Positions 1 through 10,310 of a stretch of 64,000 bases of DNA are shown one piece after another. Both the position numbers and the translations under genes were made by a program. A model generated the notes under the pieces. That model saw nothing but the letters and a program-made list of their open reading frames with translations. It made no database searches and was not told the origin of the DNA. Location of the stretch: IMG/VR virus record IMGVR_UViG_3300035698_029839, positions 233,711 through 297,710 of that record. One strand, given 5' to 3'. Within the stretch, counting starts at the first letter, position 1; every line of letters starts with the position of its first letter.

Positions 1-23
1 TGCATATTATACGGAGAAAAACG

Positions 24-209
24 ATGAAAAAGAATAGAAAAGGATTCACATTTATTGAAGTAATAATTGTTATAGCTATAATAGTTATAGTATTTTCGCT
101 TATCTCAAAGATGGCGTGGTACCTTGCTGTTGGACCAATTTTGAGCAATATAATACCCCTAGTAATAGGGGGAGTTATAGGTTATCTTGTCGGAAAAAAT
201 AAAAAGTAA
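24..209 (+). CDS. small protein with prepilin-type N-terminal cleavage/methylation motif
   Basis: KG|FTFIEVIIVIAII class III signal motif, GGAG RBS, second hydrophobic helix. Confidence 0.7.
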   Translation: MKKNRKGFTFIEVIIVIAIIVIVFSLISKMAWYLAVGPILSNIIPLVIGGVIGYLVGKNKK

Positions 210-391
210 GATTTTTTACCTAACTCTGAAATAAAACTCTGAAACTTTTAGATTTTGTAAAAGTGAAAGTAAGAGTAAGAGAATACATAACTCCTTTTAT
301 AGCAAGGGGTTATATATTTTTTTATATTATAGTTGACTTTTTTCTAAAAGTGATTATAATAAATTGGTAAAGTATAAATATTGAGGTAATA

Positions 392-1204
392 ATGACAGGT
401 CCAAACTTAAAAGAAAAATTTGCTCAAATTGACAAGCTGATGGACACAGAGGGACTGGTTGAAGTAGAAAGATCTGGCAAACCAGGCGGCACTGAGAATG
501 CTATTTGTGTAGTATCAGTATCGTCTATTGGAGAGATTGAAGTTATAACTATTATCAATAAGAAAGATGCAGACGATTATTATCAGGAAGAATGTCAAGA
601 TTCGATTGCTTATGATTTTAATGAAGTCCCTGGTATTTATCTTATTGAGTTTAAAATAGAGGGTTCTGGCCCTGATCATAACGGAGAATATGATTCATGG
701 GCAGTATTTGTAAATGTTATAAAATATAAAGTCTCTATTGTAAATAAAAAAGATCAATTCGATAAAGAGACCTATTTTAAAAGTTTTGAGTCCAAAATAT
801 ATAATGATGATCCTGGCTCTGAATTCCCGCGTGTTCTATTTATAATTAATGATAATGGAAAAGGTGTTATACTTGATATTTTAAATGAAGAAGTTGCTTA
901 TAAAAGTATTATTCAAGAGATGATAGGATATATGAACGAGATGGATCTTCGCATCGGTGTTTCTCCAGCATTAGAAGCTATGGGGCTATATACGGCATCA
1001 TTTTCTATTATCGGAGATATGGTTAATCTTTTTGATCGCGATCTAAATGAAGATATTAAAATTTTTGATATAAAATGTCTCTCTTTAATTCTGGAAGATG
1101 AACCTATCAAAATAATATCAAGAGAAGAGAAACAAAAAAAAGAATGGGATGGTTTCAGTAAATATGTAGATGAATTACGAATGAAAGAAGAACATATTAT
1201 ATGA
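392..1204 (+). CDS. hypothetical acidic protein
   Basis: 270 aa ORF, GAGG RBS, TTGACT-N17-TATAAT upstream. Confidence 0.8.
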   Translation: MTGPNLKEKFAQIDKLMDTEGLVEVERSGKPGGTENAICVVSVSSIGEIEVITIINKKDADDYYQEECQDSIAYDFNEVPGIYLIEFKIEGSGPDHNGEYDSWAVFVNVIKYKVSIVNKKDQFDKETYFKSFESKIYNDDPGSEFPRVLFIINDNGKGVILDILNEEVAYKSIIQEMIGYMNEMDLRIGVSPALEAMGLYTASFSIIGDMVNLFDRDLNEDIKIFDIKCLSLILEDEPIKIISREEKQKKEWDGFSKYVDELRMKEEHII

Positions 1205-1728
1205 TTGGAATAATTATCAATACACTACTTGTTATAGTTGTTATTATAATAGCTATTTATTTGCATATTGTTAATAAAAAGAGAATAAAAACATGGCAAC
1301 AGTTTTTGGGTCAAACTGCTACGTGTTTAAGGGATGTGGTTGAAACACAAAAACAAATTAGAGTTCAAATGAAACAGGTAGAAAAAAATAAAGAAAAATC
1401 AATAAGTTTAAGTAGTTTAAATAAAGCATATAAGGAAGTTGCTGATGAAGACGAAGAAAAAAACCAAAAAGAAAAGACAATAATTAAAACTTGTTTAGAT
1501 TGTCCTGATCATAAAATTATTCACGATCCTGATCCACATGATTGGTATTCCAACCATGATATGGCGGTAGTATGTAAACTTGTTAAAAATCCTAATATAG
1601 AACCTGATTCTAACTATACTTCGGACAGACAAGAATTTAGAAAATCGGCTTCTTCTTGCCGCCCATATAATTTAAAAAAAAAATCAACAATTCCAGATTG
1701 GTGTCCTAGAAATAAAAAGAGGAAATAA
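1201..1728 (+). CDS. hypothetical membrane-anchored Cys-containing protein
   Basis: N-terminal TM segment, CxxC, ATGA overlap with previous gene. Confidence 0.7.
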   Translation: MIGIIINTLLVIVVIIIAIYLHIVNKKRIKTWQQFLGQTATCLRDVVETQKQIRVQMKQVEKNKEKSISLSSLNKAYKEVADEDEEKNQKEKTIIKTCLDCPDHKIIHDPDPHDWYSNHDMAVVCKLVKNPNIEPDSNYTSDRQEFRKSASSCRPYNLKKKSTIPDWCPRNKKRK

Positions 1729-1732
1729 GATC

Positions 1733-2059
1733 ATGTTCGATTTTTGCGTTAAAATATGGAATGATTATCATAAAAAAATAGCTAAACGAAAAGTTGAAAA
1801 AGCTGTGAAGATGTTTGGTGAACTGGCTTCTAAAATAGATATCTTCAAGAGCCAGCAGTGTAATAGCCTTTATGTAGGAGAGGAAAAAGCCACTCAAAAT
1901 AAGGTGATATTAGAAGATTTTAAAAAAGATCTCGAAAAATCAAAGCAAGAGACATGTATTTTAATAAAAGCTGTTGATGCTGTTGATAGGAAATTGTTAA
2001 CTTCCGTTGTAATGGATTTTTATGACAGACATGCTACCAAAAATATAGATAAGGAGTAA
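1733..2059 (+). CDS. hypothetical protein
   Basis: RBS, operon packing. Confidence 0.65.
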   Translation: MFDFCVKIWNDYHKKIAKRKVEKAVKMFGELASKIDIFKSQQCNSLYVGEEKATQNKVILEDFKKDLEKSKQETCILIKAVDAVDRKLLTSVVMDFYDRHATKNIDKE

Positions 2060-2061
2060 AA

Positions 2062-2286
2062 ATGAACAACATTATCAGACAGGCTAAAAAGTTTTGGGGC
2101 TTAGATGGATTTGTGGCCATTATATTCTCTATATTCACAATCAGCGCTTTGTTGAGAGGAAGCATTCTAGGATCTATCTTAATGGGTATATTCTCCTACT
2201 GGTGGATAAAGAGAGTGTTAGGTAAACCTGCAAAACATAAGGGAGGTTATTCAACCTGCCAAAGTCCAAGAGATTTAGACTTATGA
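2062..2286 (+). CDS. small membrane protein
   Basis: AAGGAG RBS, two hydrophobic helices, ends PRDLDL. Confidence 0.65.
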   Translation: MNNIIRQAKKFWGLDGFVAIIFSIFTISALLRGSILGSILMGIFSYWWIKRVLGKPAKHKGGYSTCQSPRDLDL

Positions 2287-2380
2287 AAAATCTAACAAAA
2301 CAATACGTAGATGTTAATAAGGTATCAATAACAAAAATATTTTCTATCTCTGTAGTGACAATAAAACGGAGTAAAATTAA

Positions 2381-2782
2381 ATGAGTATAATAGGACAACA
2401 AATAGCAGAAGGCAAACGCAGATATGATTACATGGATAGAACAGATAAAAAAATACTAATGGATTGCGTGATGGGTTTCCATAAGCCAGAAGAACAATAT
2501 CATCAAGGTGTATGTGGAAATTCTTTAAAAGATTTTTTCCCAAGAAGATGTAAACATTGCGGAGAACTATTGTATCCTGACAAATGGGAGCCAGTAGAAT
2601 TTGTTGAATCAGATTGTGAGCATGAGGCTATAGGATATTATCATTCTGATAAAGAAGATGAGAAATTAGTTAACAGATTTCCACAACAATGTAAAAAATG
2701 CGGAATAGATTTAAAACCCAAAACGTGGATATCAGTAGAAAAGTGGGTGTTATTAAAAGAAATAGAACAATTACAAGAATAA
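2381..2782 (+). CDS. Zn-ribbon repeat protein
   Basis: two FPxxCKxCG repeats. Confidence 0.7.
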   Translation: MSIIGQQIAEGKRRYDYMDRTDKKILMDCVMGFHKPEEQYHQGVCGNSLKDFFPRRCKHCGELLYPDKWEPVEFVESDCEHEAIGYYHSDKEDEKLVNRFPQQCKKCGIDLKPKTWISVEKWVLLKEIEQLQE

Positions 2783-2813
2783 CAAAAATCTTAAATTAAG
2801 GAAGGACAATATT

Positions 2814-3647
2814 ATGTCAAAAAAACAAAAACAAGAAGAAAAACAGGGACAGGTACAAAAACAAATTGATAAGTGTGTTTTTGTTCTAGATGTCCCAAAA
2901 TTAGAAGAAAAATCAAAGACAATAGCAGATGTTATGTACAATGTAGAAGGGGATAACTTCAAAGATTCTCTTTACACTATGATCAAAGCTAGAACACCTA
3001 TAATTGCTATTCAGACGATAGAAGAAAAAAGATTTATGACCTATCTACAATATTTCAGGATATGTAAAAGTCTACAATTATTTACCTGGGACATTGTTGA
3101 TGGAGTGATAGACTACCAGAAACAGGATACGATAGATATTGATAATAAATGGACTAGAGATACAGGAACAGAACAAGAAAGAATTCTATCTTATATCACA
3201 GCACAATCTTCAAATTTAAGAAAAGAACATCTTAAAGAATATAAGGATAAGGGTTTGAGGGGAGATTTGTATGTTCTGCTCGATTTTCAAGGTTATTTAG
3301 ATGTTCCAAGAATTGTAAGAAGATTAAAAACTCTTTCTAATATTAACTCTTTGACAACTACCATAATAGTTGGTCCTCAAATCAAGAATGAACTTGATTT
3401 AGAAATGAGAAAAATAATTCCTACGTTATGTCCACCAGATCCACAAGATGAAGATTTCAAGTTGGCTATCTATGAAATGGCAGATATAATCGAAAACTCT
3501 GTGCCAGGAATTATTGATCACACAAAAGCAAATGAAGATCAATTACTAAAAGTGTTGCAAGGCAAAACAATCTATGAAGCACAATCATGGATGGCTAATA
3601 ACGTAGTAAAATATATGAATCTTTTAGGGAAAAAAGAAGAAGAATAA
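2814..3647 (+). CDS. protein resembling the N-terminal degenerate domain of Ycf46-type AAA ATPases
   Basis: IKARTPII..T.EE.R, FTWD..DG, LLDF..YL..P.IVRRLK; no Walker A/B seen. Confidence 0.55.
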   Translation: MSKKQKQEEKQGQVQKQIDKCVFVLDVPKLEEKSKTIADVMYNVEGDNFKDSLYTMIKARTPIIAIQTIEEKRFMTYLQYFRICKSLQLFTWDIVDGVIDYQKQDTIDIDNKWTRDTGTEQERILSYITAQSSNLRKEHLKEYKDKGLRGDLYVLLDFQGYLDVPRIVRRLKTLSNINSLTTTIIVGPQIKNELDLEMRKIIPTLCPPDPQDEDFKLAIYEMADIIENSVPGIIDHTKANEDQLLKVLQGKTIYEAQSWMANNVVKYMNLLGKKEEE

Positions 3648-3976
3648 TGGGAAATATAAATACTATTAAAGATAAAGATGGGAATCTGATAGCAGAGGCA
3701 GATATGGGACTAGCATGTTTCTCAATGGTTGTGGATATTATCCAAAAATATAATCCGACTAAGGTCGTAGGATTTCCTCGTCAAGAAGAACTTGATGAAC
3801 TACTCAACCCATGTTATGAAAAAGGAGAAGATTTTGAAGTAGTTCAACTTTTAACATTTATGAGCGATAAATCAATGTTTACAAAGGAAGATATAAAAGC
3901 ATTTGAAGAGGCAATTGAAAAGTGCAAATTTACGAATAGGGATAAAGGACCAAAGAAAATGCTCAGGAATATATGA
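3647..3976 (+). CDS. hypothetical protein
   Basis: TAATG coupling. Confidence 0.6.
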   Translation: MGNINTIKDKDGNLIAEADMGLACFSMVVDIIQKYNPTKVVGFPRQEELDELLNPCYEKGEDFEVVQLLTFMSDKSMFTKEDIKAFEEAIEKCKFTNRDKGPKKMLRNI

Positions 3977-4132
3977 GATATATAAGTCATTGCAATATTA
4001 AACTTATTGCCTGTACTATCAAAAAAGAATGGATTACTGAAATCGGAAAAGAAAGAACAAATGGAGATGGATCGGGAATTGTTTTTATTGTTAAAAAAGC
4101 AATTTTTCCAAATTTTAAAGAGGATGTAGAAA

Positions 4133-4489
4133 ATGAGCCATGTGTGGATCAAAAAAACTGCTTGGAATAAAATCTTAAATGACATAGTTAAGATACGAAA
4201 ATTAGCTGATTCTAAGCCAGAATATAGATTATATTTTTATGGAATAGAAGTTTATTCTATAAATTATGCAAGAGCCAAATCTACAAAAGAAAATGAGTGG
4301 CTTAGTATATTAATCTGTGCCGTTGGAAAAACATGTCAAAATCCCGACTTTGATAGGCAAAGAGGAATTACAGTAAATACCATTGCCGCTTTTGATAAAT
4401 GGTACATGGAAGAAAAAGAGATCAGAGAAAGATTATCACATTTAGAAGTTAGAAAAGTTGATACTATAAAAACATGTGGAGAAAAATAG
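4133..4489 (+). CDS. hypothetical protein
   Basis: ORF in operon. Confidence 0.6.
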   Translation: MSHVWIKKTAWNKILNDIVKIRKLADSKPEYRLYFYGIEVYSINYARAKSTKENEWLSILICAVGKTCQNPDFDRQRGITVNTIAAFDKWYMEEKEIRERLSHLEVRKVDTIKTCGEK

Positions 4490-4492
4490 ACA

Positions 4493-4921
4493 ATGTGTTT
4501 AGATAGATTAAAGACAAAAGAAGAAAAAAAAGAAATACTTAAGGACATGCCTAAAAAAAGTATAGTTGTTTATAAGGTTGTGAATAAATGTGAAGGTAAA
4601 TATTTTCCACCTTGTCGTTATTGTGACTCATATGTAGAAGGACTAAACAAGGTTCCTATTTTTAGAAGATATATATCAACTTGTTGTCCAAATTATAAGG
4701 GAATTTTTTTAGATTATAAGGTAGGTTTTCATTCTTTTAAATATAAAAATGATGCTCAAAAATATTCTAATCATATAACATTAAATACTTCAACAGTTAT
4801 CGAATGTCAAATAAATCAATCTTGGATTACAGAAATAGGAGAACAAAATTTAGGTGCTATAACATATTTCGGTATCTGTTTTGTAACCAATAAGATAATT
4901 TTTCCAAAATATGAGGAATAA
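4493..4921 (+). CDS. hypothetical protein, local paralog family 1
   Basis: MCL..VYKV..GFH.FK..C.I..SWI.EIG..KIIFP shared with 5900 and 6370. Confidence 0.8.
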   Translation: MCLDRLKTKEEKKEILKDMPKKSIVVYKVVNKCEGKYFPPCRYCDSYVEGLNKVPIFRRYISTCCPNYKGIFLDYKVGFHSFKYKNDAQKYSNHITLNTSTVIECQINQSWITEIGEQNLGAITYFGICFVTNKIIFPKYEE

Positions 4922-5329
4922 GAATTATAGATAGCTACGGAGAATATGATGTACAAATCATTATATAAAGATGAAAAAATGCAACAACTAGTTGACCAAC
5001 TTATGAACGGAGAAATCACCGAAAAATAATATGAAAAAGAGATAAAACTGCTTAAACAATAATGATGGCAATTTCAGTAGTATAAAGTGAAAAAGAATGG
5101 CAATTCACAATCAAAAATAGAAAAATATCACTTTTTACCACCTTACTCTTGACAATGACAAAATATAGGCTATAATGAGAGTATAACTTTTTAAAATATT
5201 TTAAAATATTTATCTGAATAAAGGCTATTATGATGTTCTATGTAAGTGTTGACGGAAAAAGATAAGGGATATGGTTGAGAGCATTAACTACTCATAAAAA
5301 ATGTTGGATAAAAACAAAAGGATGTAAAA

Positions 5330-5560
5330 ATGAAAAATTATTTAAAGAATTTTATAAAAATGGCATGGCCTGCTCTCATAGGATTCTCAATAGGACAATC
5401 AATAGGTTTTTTCATCAGACCAATTTATACATTTATACATTTTATACATCTTATAACAGATTTAATAATATTCACAATTTTAATTTTTATTCTATATAAT
5501 ATAGTAATTGGTATTGCTAAATTATGTAGAAGGGAGAAATCAAATAATGAAAATTCTTGA
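5330..5560 (+). CDS. small membrane protein
   Basis: hydrophobic; similar to 7134..7340. Confidence 0.6.
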   Translation: MKNYLKNFIKMAWPALIGFSIGQSIGFFIRPIYTFIHFIHLITDLIIFTILIFILYNIVIGIAKLCRREKSNNENS

Positions 5561-5675
5561 TAAAATTAAAAAAGCATGGAAAAAAGCACTACTCAACTAT
5601 GTAAGTTATGTAATGAAGAAATAAAAGTTATAAAAACTAAAATAGACCACCCAATTATAGAAACAAGGACTAAAG

Positions 5676-5897
5676 ATGAGTAAAGAAGAAAAACAAATAA
5701 GGATACCAACAGTTAAAGATATGCAACTTATTAATGATTACGCAGACGAACAAGATTTCTGGAAAAAAGATACTAAAGAAGAGGTGCTAGATTTATTTGT
5801 AGTCTTAGTAGGATATGGATTAGAACCACAAAAAGCAATTAATAATATAAATGGTATGATAACTGCTATGAAAAATGAATATAGAAAGGGAAAATAA
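5676..5897 (+). CDS. hypothetical protein
   Basis: AAGGA RBS. Confidence 0.6.
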   Translation: MSKEEKQIRIPTVKDMQLINDYADEQDFWKKDTKEEVLDLFVVLVGYGLEPQKAINNINGMITAMKNEYRKGK

Positions 5898-5899
5898 TT

Positions 5900-6379
5900 A
5901 TGTGCTTAAGTATATTATTAACAAAAAAAGAAAAAGATAAAATATTAAAAAATATATCGAGAAAAGGATTGACCGTTTATAAGGTTGTAGAAGTGTGTAA
6001 TAGGGAATATTATCCTATATATAGAGAACTCGATATAGAGAAATCACATTTTTCAGAAGGAAAAAATGTTGATATTCCTAGAGTTAAAAAGATAAGGACA
6101 GAAGATAAAATACCAACCTACTATAAGGCAGGATTCCACTTTTTCAAGAAATATAAAGATGCTCTAAAATCATTAAAATATTTAACTAATATTCATAAAA
6201 ATAAAAAATTTAAATTTATTGAATGTAAAATACATAAATCATGGATTATCGCTATGGGAATGAATTTCATAGAAATTACAGGAGGAGGAGAAGAATCATT
6301 TGGAGTTAGTATAGTAGCTAATAAAGCTATTTTCCCAGATAAGAATGTGGAAAATGAGAAGGACCAAAAATGTGCCTAA
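5900..6379 (+). CDS. hypothetical protein, paralog family 1
   Basis: shared motifs with 4493 and 6370. Confidence 0.8.
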   Translation: MCLSILLTKKEKDKILKNISRKGLTVYKVVEVCNREYYPIYRELDIEKSHFSEGKNVDIPRVKKIRTEDKIPTYYKAGFHFFKKYKDALKSLKYLTNIHKNKKFKFIECKIHKSWIIAMGMNFIEITGGGEESFGVSIVANKAIFPDKNVENEKDQKCA

Positions 6380-6786
6380 ATAGATTATTAACAGAAAAAC
6401 AAAAAACAAAAATATTAGACAAAATTACAAGAAAAGGTATTACTGTCTATAAGGTAATAAAAGTAATTAATTCTAAATTTTATCCTAGCTATCAAGATAA
6501 TGAGACTGCTTTTGAAGAAGGAACGAATATAGATGTTAATAAGACTAATAAATATTTGCATTTGTGGGAAGGCCCTGGAGAACAGAGAATATATAAGTCA
6601 GGTTATCATTCTTACAAAACTAAAAAAGCAGCAGAGAAATTACTAAGACATTTGAAGAATAACTGTATTGATTATAGGCTTATCCATTGTAAAATTCATA
6701 AATCATGGATACTAGAAATAGGCTTTGATCATGGTATTACTTTTGTAACAAGTAAAATAATTTTCCCTAAAAAAGAGAAGGACTAA
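6370..6786 (+). CDS. hypothetical protein, paralog family 1
   Basis: shared motifs with 4493 and 5900. Confidence 0.8.
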   Translation: MCLNRLLTEKQKTKILDKITRKGITVYKVIKVINSKFYPSYQDNETAFEEGTNIDVNKTNKYLHLWEGPGEQRIYKSGYHSYKTKKAAEKLLRHLKNNCIDYRLIHCKIHKSWILEIGFDHGITFVTSKIIFPKKEKD

Positions 6787-6787
6787 A

Positions 6788-7102
6788 ATGACTATATATG
6801 AAAAAAGATGGGACAGAGTTAAAGAACTAGCTACGCAGATAATAGAACTACGAAAAGAAGCTGAAAAAGAATTCGGAAATGATACTATATTTATGTACCA
6901 AGATGAACGAGTAACAGGAGAACTACTTATAAGAGAATCAGATATATCTATAATAGATGAAGGTTGTACCTATAATCTGTTTGAGAATAATCCAGATTGG
7001 GACAATGGCTCTAATAGCACAATGAAAGAAATAAAACAAATCTTCGACGATATTAAAATCTATGTCCCATATAAAAAAAGGACCAAAAATGTGCCTAAAT
7101 AG
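6788..7102 (+). CDS. hypothetical protein
   Basis: AAGGA RBS. Confidence 0.65.
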   Translation: MTIYEKRWDRVKELATQIIELRKEAEKEFGNDTIFMYQDERVTGELLIRESDISIIDEGCTYNLFENNPDWDNGSNSTMKEIKQIFDDIKIYVPYKKRTKNVPK

Positions 7103-7133
7103 AATATTATCAAAACATAAGGAAAACTAAAAA

Positions 7134-7340
7134 ATGATATCTAAAATATCTAAAAAATCTTATCAATATATAAAGAAATTTATAAAAAAGACATATCCTA
7201 TGCATGTTGGAATCGCTGTAGGACAAGTATTGTGTCTAATATTTATCCCTGCTCATACAATAGCATTATCGTTAATAATACAATTGTTCTTATCGATAGT
7301 TACTTTTATGCTATATACTATGAGTATATTTACTAAATAG
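7134..7340 (+). CDS. small membrane protein
   Basis: similar to 5330..5560. Confidence 0.55.
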   Translation: MISKISKKSYQYIKKFIKKTYPMHVGIAVGQVLCLIFIPAHTIALSLIIQLFLSIVTFMLYTMSIFTK

Positions 7341-7348
7341 AAATAAAA

Positions 7349-7446
7349 ATGTTAGAAATAATAACTCTTATAATATCTTTCCAAATATGATAGATATTAA
7401 CAATAATTATTGTAAAATTATTTTCCCAAAAAATGAGGAAGAATAA
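7349..7446 (+). pseudogene. decayed duplicate of the 5' end of 7449..7664 joined to a paralog-family-1 tail
   Basis: aligns codon by codon with 7449; TGG TGG became TGA TAG; followed by sequence encoding KIIFPKNEEE*. Confidence 0.65.
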
Positions 7447-7448
7447 CA

Positions 7449-7664
7449 ATGTTAGAAATAATAGCCCTAATAGTATCTTTTCAAGTATGGTGGTTACTAG
7501 CAATAATTACTGTAGTATCCTTCCTAATCACCTATATTATATCTCCTCCTCCCGTAGATGGATCTGGTATAATGCCCTTTCCTGACCCTACAGGAGCTAT
7601 ATATTTTGTAATATGTATAATACTAAACCTTATAATGTGGTTGATCTACTTCATAGCAACTTAA
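7449..7664 (+). CDS. small two-TM membrane protein
   Basis: GAGG RBS, hydrophobic. Confidence 0.7.
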   Translation: MLEIIALIVSFQVWWLLAIITVVSFLITYIISPPPVDGSGIMPFPDPTGAIYFVICIILNLIMWLIYFIAT

Positions 7665-7700
7665 TCGCGGAAAATTAATAATAACTAATACAAAGGAACA

Positions 7701-8018
7701 ATGATGAAAAACATTATAACAGAATGGACAGCATGTAATACAGGAAACACATGGACTGATGAAGATATAGAGCTAGTACTATCTGCTCCTCCTCTATCCT
7801 CTAATTTCCATAAAATAGGAAGAGCTATTGGTAGATCATATAAAGCTATAGAATTTGTCTATATTGTAGCTTCTACTCCAGTACCTACTCTAAAAGAAAC
7901 AGGAAGATGGAGTAATCCTTATATAAGACATATAGCGAGAGTTAGCCGTAAAGTAGGATGGAGAAAAGGCTGGGGATGGAAAAAATCTAATTTGTTGGAA
8001 AATGATGAAAATGAATAA
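7701..8018 (+). CDS. hypothetical protein, possible HTH/Myb-like
   Basis: WTDEDIELV...IGRAIGRS..AI. Confidence 0.55.
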   Translation: MMKNIITEWTACNTGNTWTDEDIELVLSAPPLSSNFHKIGRAIGRSYKAIEFVYIVASTPVPTLKETGRWSNPYIRHIARVSRKVGWRKGWGWKKSNLLENDENE

Positions 8019-8499
8019 ACCTATAAAACAGAAACCAAAACCATTAAAAACTCTTACTAAAGAACAAATAAGAGAATCTATACAATATACTATAAAGAAT
8101 GATATTTGTTATGGAATATTCAAAGCACCAAATAATAACTAATAATGATAATAATCAATGTGTAATAAGATATATAATAATACCTTATAATAACTAATAA
8201 TAGAAACACATAATATCTCTCTTATGAAGAGATCCATAATAAGAAATAATACAATATGATTAGTCCTAATAGGCTAGCACTCTGTCGATATTTAGATTTT
8301 TTATCTATTGTCGATAGTCCTGACCTATTAGAGAGATCAATATATTTGATAGGATATACAGATATTTAACAGGTAAAATACTGGTTTATAACATAGAAAA
8401 TACTGGTTCTCGATGAATCTTTATAAAAAAGAGAAAAAATATCTGGAAAATTAATAGATTTTTTTATTAAAATTTAAGATTATCCTATCGAAAAATCGA

Positions 8500-8632
8500 T
8501 TGTCTGGAATATCGACAGTATCGAAAAAATTCCAGACAAGCAGGAATTTTCTTGCAAAAGTGAATGAAAAATGGTAAGATATAGAAAATAGGTTGTCTGG
8601 AAAAGAGGGAGTGATTAACTAATTCCAGACAA
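8500..8632. promoter_or_regulatory. two inverted pairs TTGTCTGGAA-N20-TTCCAGACAA flanking a sigma70-type promoter
   Basis: pairs 8500-8539 and 8593-8632; TTGCAA 8552 N17 TAAGAT 8575 between them. Confidence 0.75.
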
Positions 8633-8660
8633 GTGGTTCTTTGATAGAAAGGTAGCAACA

Positions 8661-9365
8661 ATGGTAGAAATTATGTATAGGCCCTCAGATGTGGGTAAAG
8701 AGGTAAGGAATAGTCATGGAAAGATAATAAAAATAAGAAAATATCATTTAACAGAAAAGGAAAAAAAGATAGCACAAAACAAGTGGTCAAAAGTTACAGA
8801 TAATACGGACAAAAGGATAGTCAAGAGAGCAGGAGAGATCTTTTTCAATCCATTCCGCAAGGGAGTCTATTATTATCAGATATGTTCTTTATTTTTATTA
8901 GGAGCAAATAAGTGGCATAGTCTGAACTCTATCCTTAAAAAGATGGAGAAAATAATGTCAGAGGTAATAGTCAGAAAAGATGGAATTAGAATGACATCAT
9001 GGGAGAAATTCAGAGGTAAGTCTCAAAGAGTCCATGCTCTTCGCTGTAAGGATTATAAGGGAAGGGTACAGGAGAATATGGTTCTTCTTCAAAGATTGAC
9101 TAAATTCCATCCTTACGGATATAAGCTAAGACAAGTATGTAGTGCAATAGATATCATGAGAGTTACTAAGAGAGGATTTCCTAATGGTTGTTACTCTTAT
9201 AGGCTACATACTTATGATAATGAGAATCAAGCACTGCCTATGAGAGATTATAGTCAATTTGTTTTTCCTCGACATGAGAGAAAATATGTAAGTTACAAGT
9301 TTATAGGAACTGTTATAACAATGGACAAGGTTATAACTGAAGGGAAAGTAAATGAGATGTCATAA
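8661..9365 (+). CDS. basic protein, candidate DNA-binding regulator
   Basis: K/R-rich 234 aa ORF directly after the operator-like locus; function inferred only. Confidence 0.7.
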   Translation: MVEIMYRPSDVGKEVRNSHGKIIKIRKYHLTEKEKKIAQNKWSKVTDNTDKRIVKRAGEIFFNPFRKGVYYYQICSLFLLGANKWHSLNSILKKMEKIMSEVIVRKDGIRMTSWEKFRGKSQRVHALRCKDYKGRVQENMVLLQRLTKFHPYGYKLRQVCSAIDIMRVTKRGFPNGCYSYRLHTYDNENQALPMRDYSQFVFPRHERKYVSYKFIGTVITMDKVITEGKVNEMS

Positions 9366-9870
9366 ATGCAATCAAGATAGTATAAAGATTGTCATGGATG
9401 ATGATTTGTCGAAATCTACAATTCACATTATATGTGATATATGTGGTTTAGATATCGATAGTGGTGATAACCCAATGCTCTGTGATCTGTTTATTTATAA
9501 TGAGAATCTAGAGGCAGCAGAGAAATTAGGTATAGAAGCCTATATAGAAGATAAAAAGATAGGAGATAATCCTTATACTTTACTTCAATCTGATCAGATC
9601 CTTCTTAATAAGAGATGGGAGATAGGATTTAATAAGGAAAAAGATAGTTATGAGAAAGAGGCCTTATTAATTTCTGCCGAAAATTTAAAATATGCTCTAG
9701 AAAAAATGGAAGAAGAAAAAACTATTCTTACAGAACAACAAGCAGAACTATCTAAAAACCATACAAAACTATCTAAAAAGGTTAAGAAGCTCTCTAAGAT
9801 AGGATACTTGATGGGTTATAAGTATAAAAAAGACCTATTAAAGATAGTCTTAGAAATTCCAGACAAGTGA
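9352..9870 (+). CDS. Zn-ribbon plus coiled-coil protein
   Basis: CxxC..CxxC; C-terminus IPDK* is encoded by the repeat. Confidence 0.75.
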   Translation: MRCHKCNQDSIKIVMDDDLSKSTIHIICDICGLDIDSGDNPMLCDLFIYNENLEAAEKLGIEAYIEDKKIGDNPYTLLQSDQILLNKRWEIGFNKEKDSYEKEALLISAENLKYALEKMEEEKTILTEQQAELSKNHTKLSKKVKKLSKIGYLMGYKYKKDLLKIVLEIPDK

Positions 9871-9913
9871 TTTTCTAATCCTATATATAAAGAACATATA
9901 TAAAGGAGAAATC

Positions 9914-10267
9914 ATGAGTGATAAGAAAGCATATGTAGACGGTAATTTTGTTGTAGGAGTAGGGTCATATTATCTGTTACGCTGGGCGATAGCCTTTTAC
10001 CCTGCTTTGGTATTTGCAGCATGGATAGTAGAATTAACAAGGCCTGAGGCAGGAGAAAAAGAGACACTCCTTTACTTATTAACTGGCCCTTTATTCTGTA
10101 TAGTCTTTACTTTTTGTATATCTAGAATGTTGTTAGTTATTAAGGAATCATGGCCTTTCCTTGTGGGTCTTTATGCTATTACCTTATACCCGTTTATTAA
10201 ATTTATGCAGTGGCATGGTAGTTCTGGTGATACTCCTTTTCCTGGAGTTGACTGGTTTCCTTGGTAA
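9914..10267 (+). CDS. membrane protein
   Basis: three hydrophobic segments, AAGGAG RBS. Confidence 0.8.
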   Translation: MSDKKAYVDGNFVVGVGSYYLLRWAIAFYPALVFAAWIVELTRPEAGEKETLLYLLTGPLFCIVFTFCISRMLLVIKESWPFLVGLYAITLYPFIKFMQWHGSSGDTPFPGVDWFPW

Positions 10268-10310
10268 TTCCAGACAAGTGGTTTTTTAATAGTATCATAT
10301 GGAGGTAATT

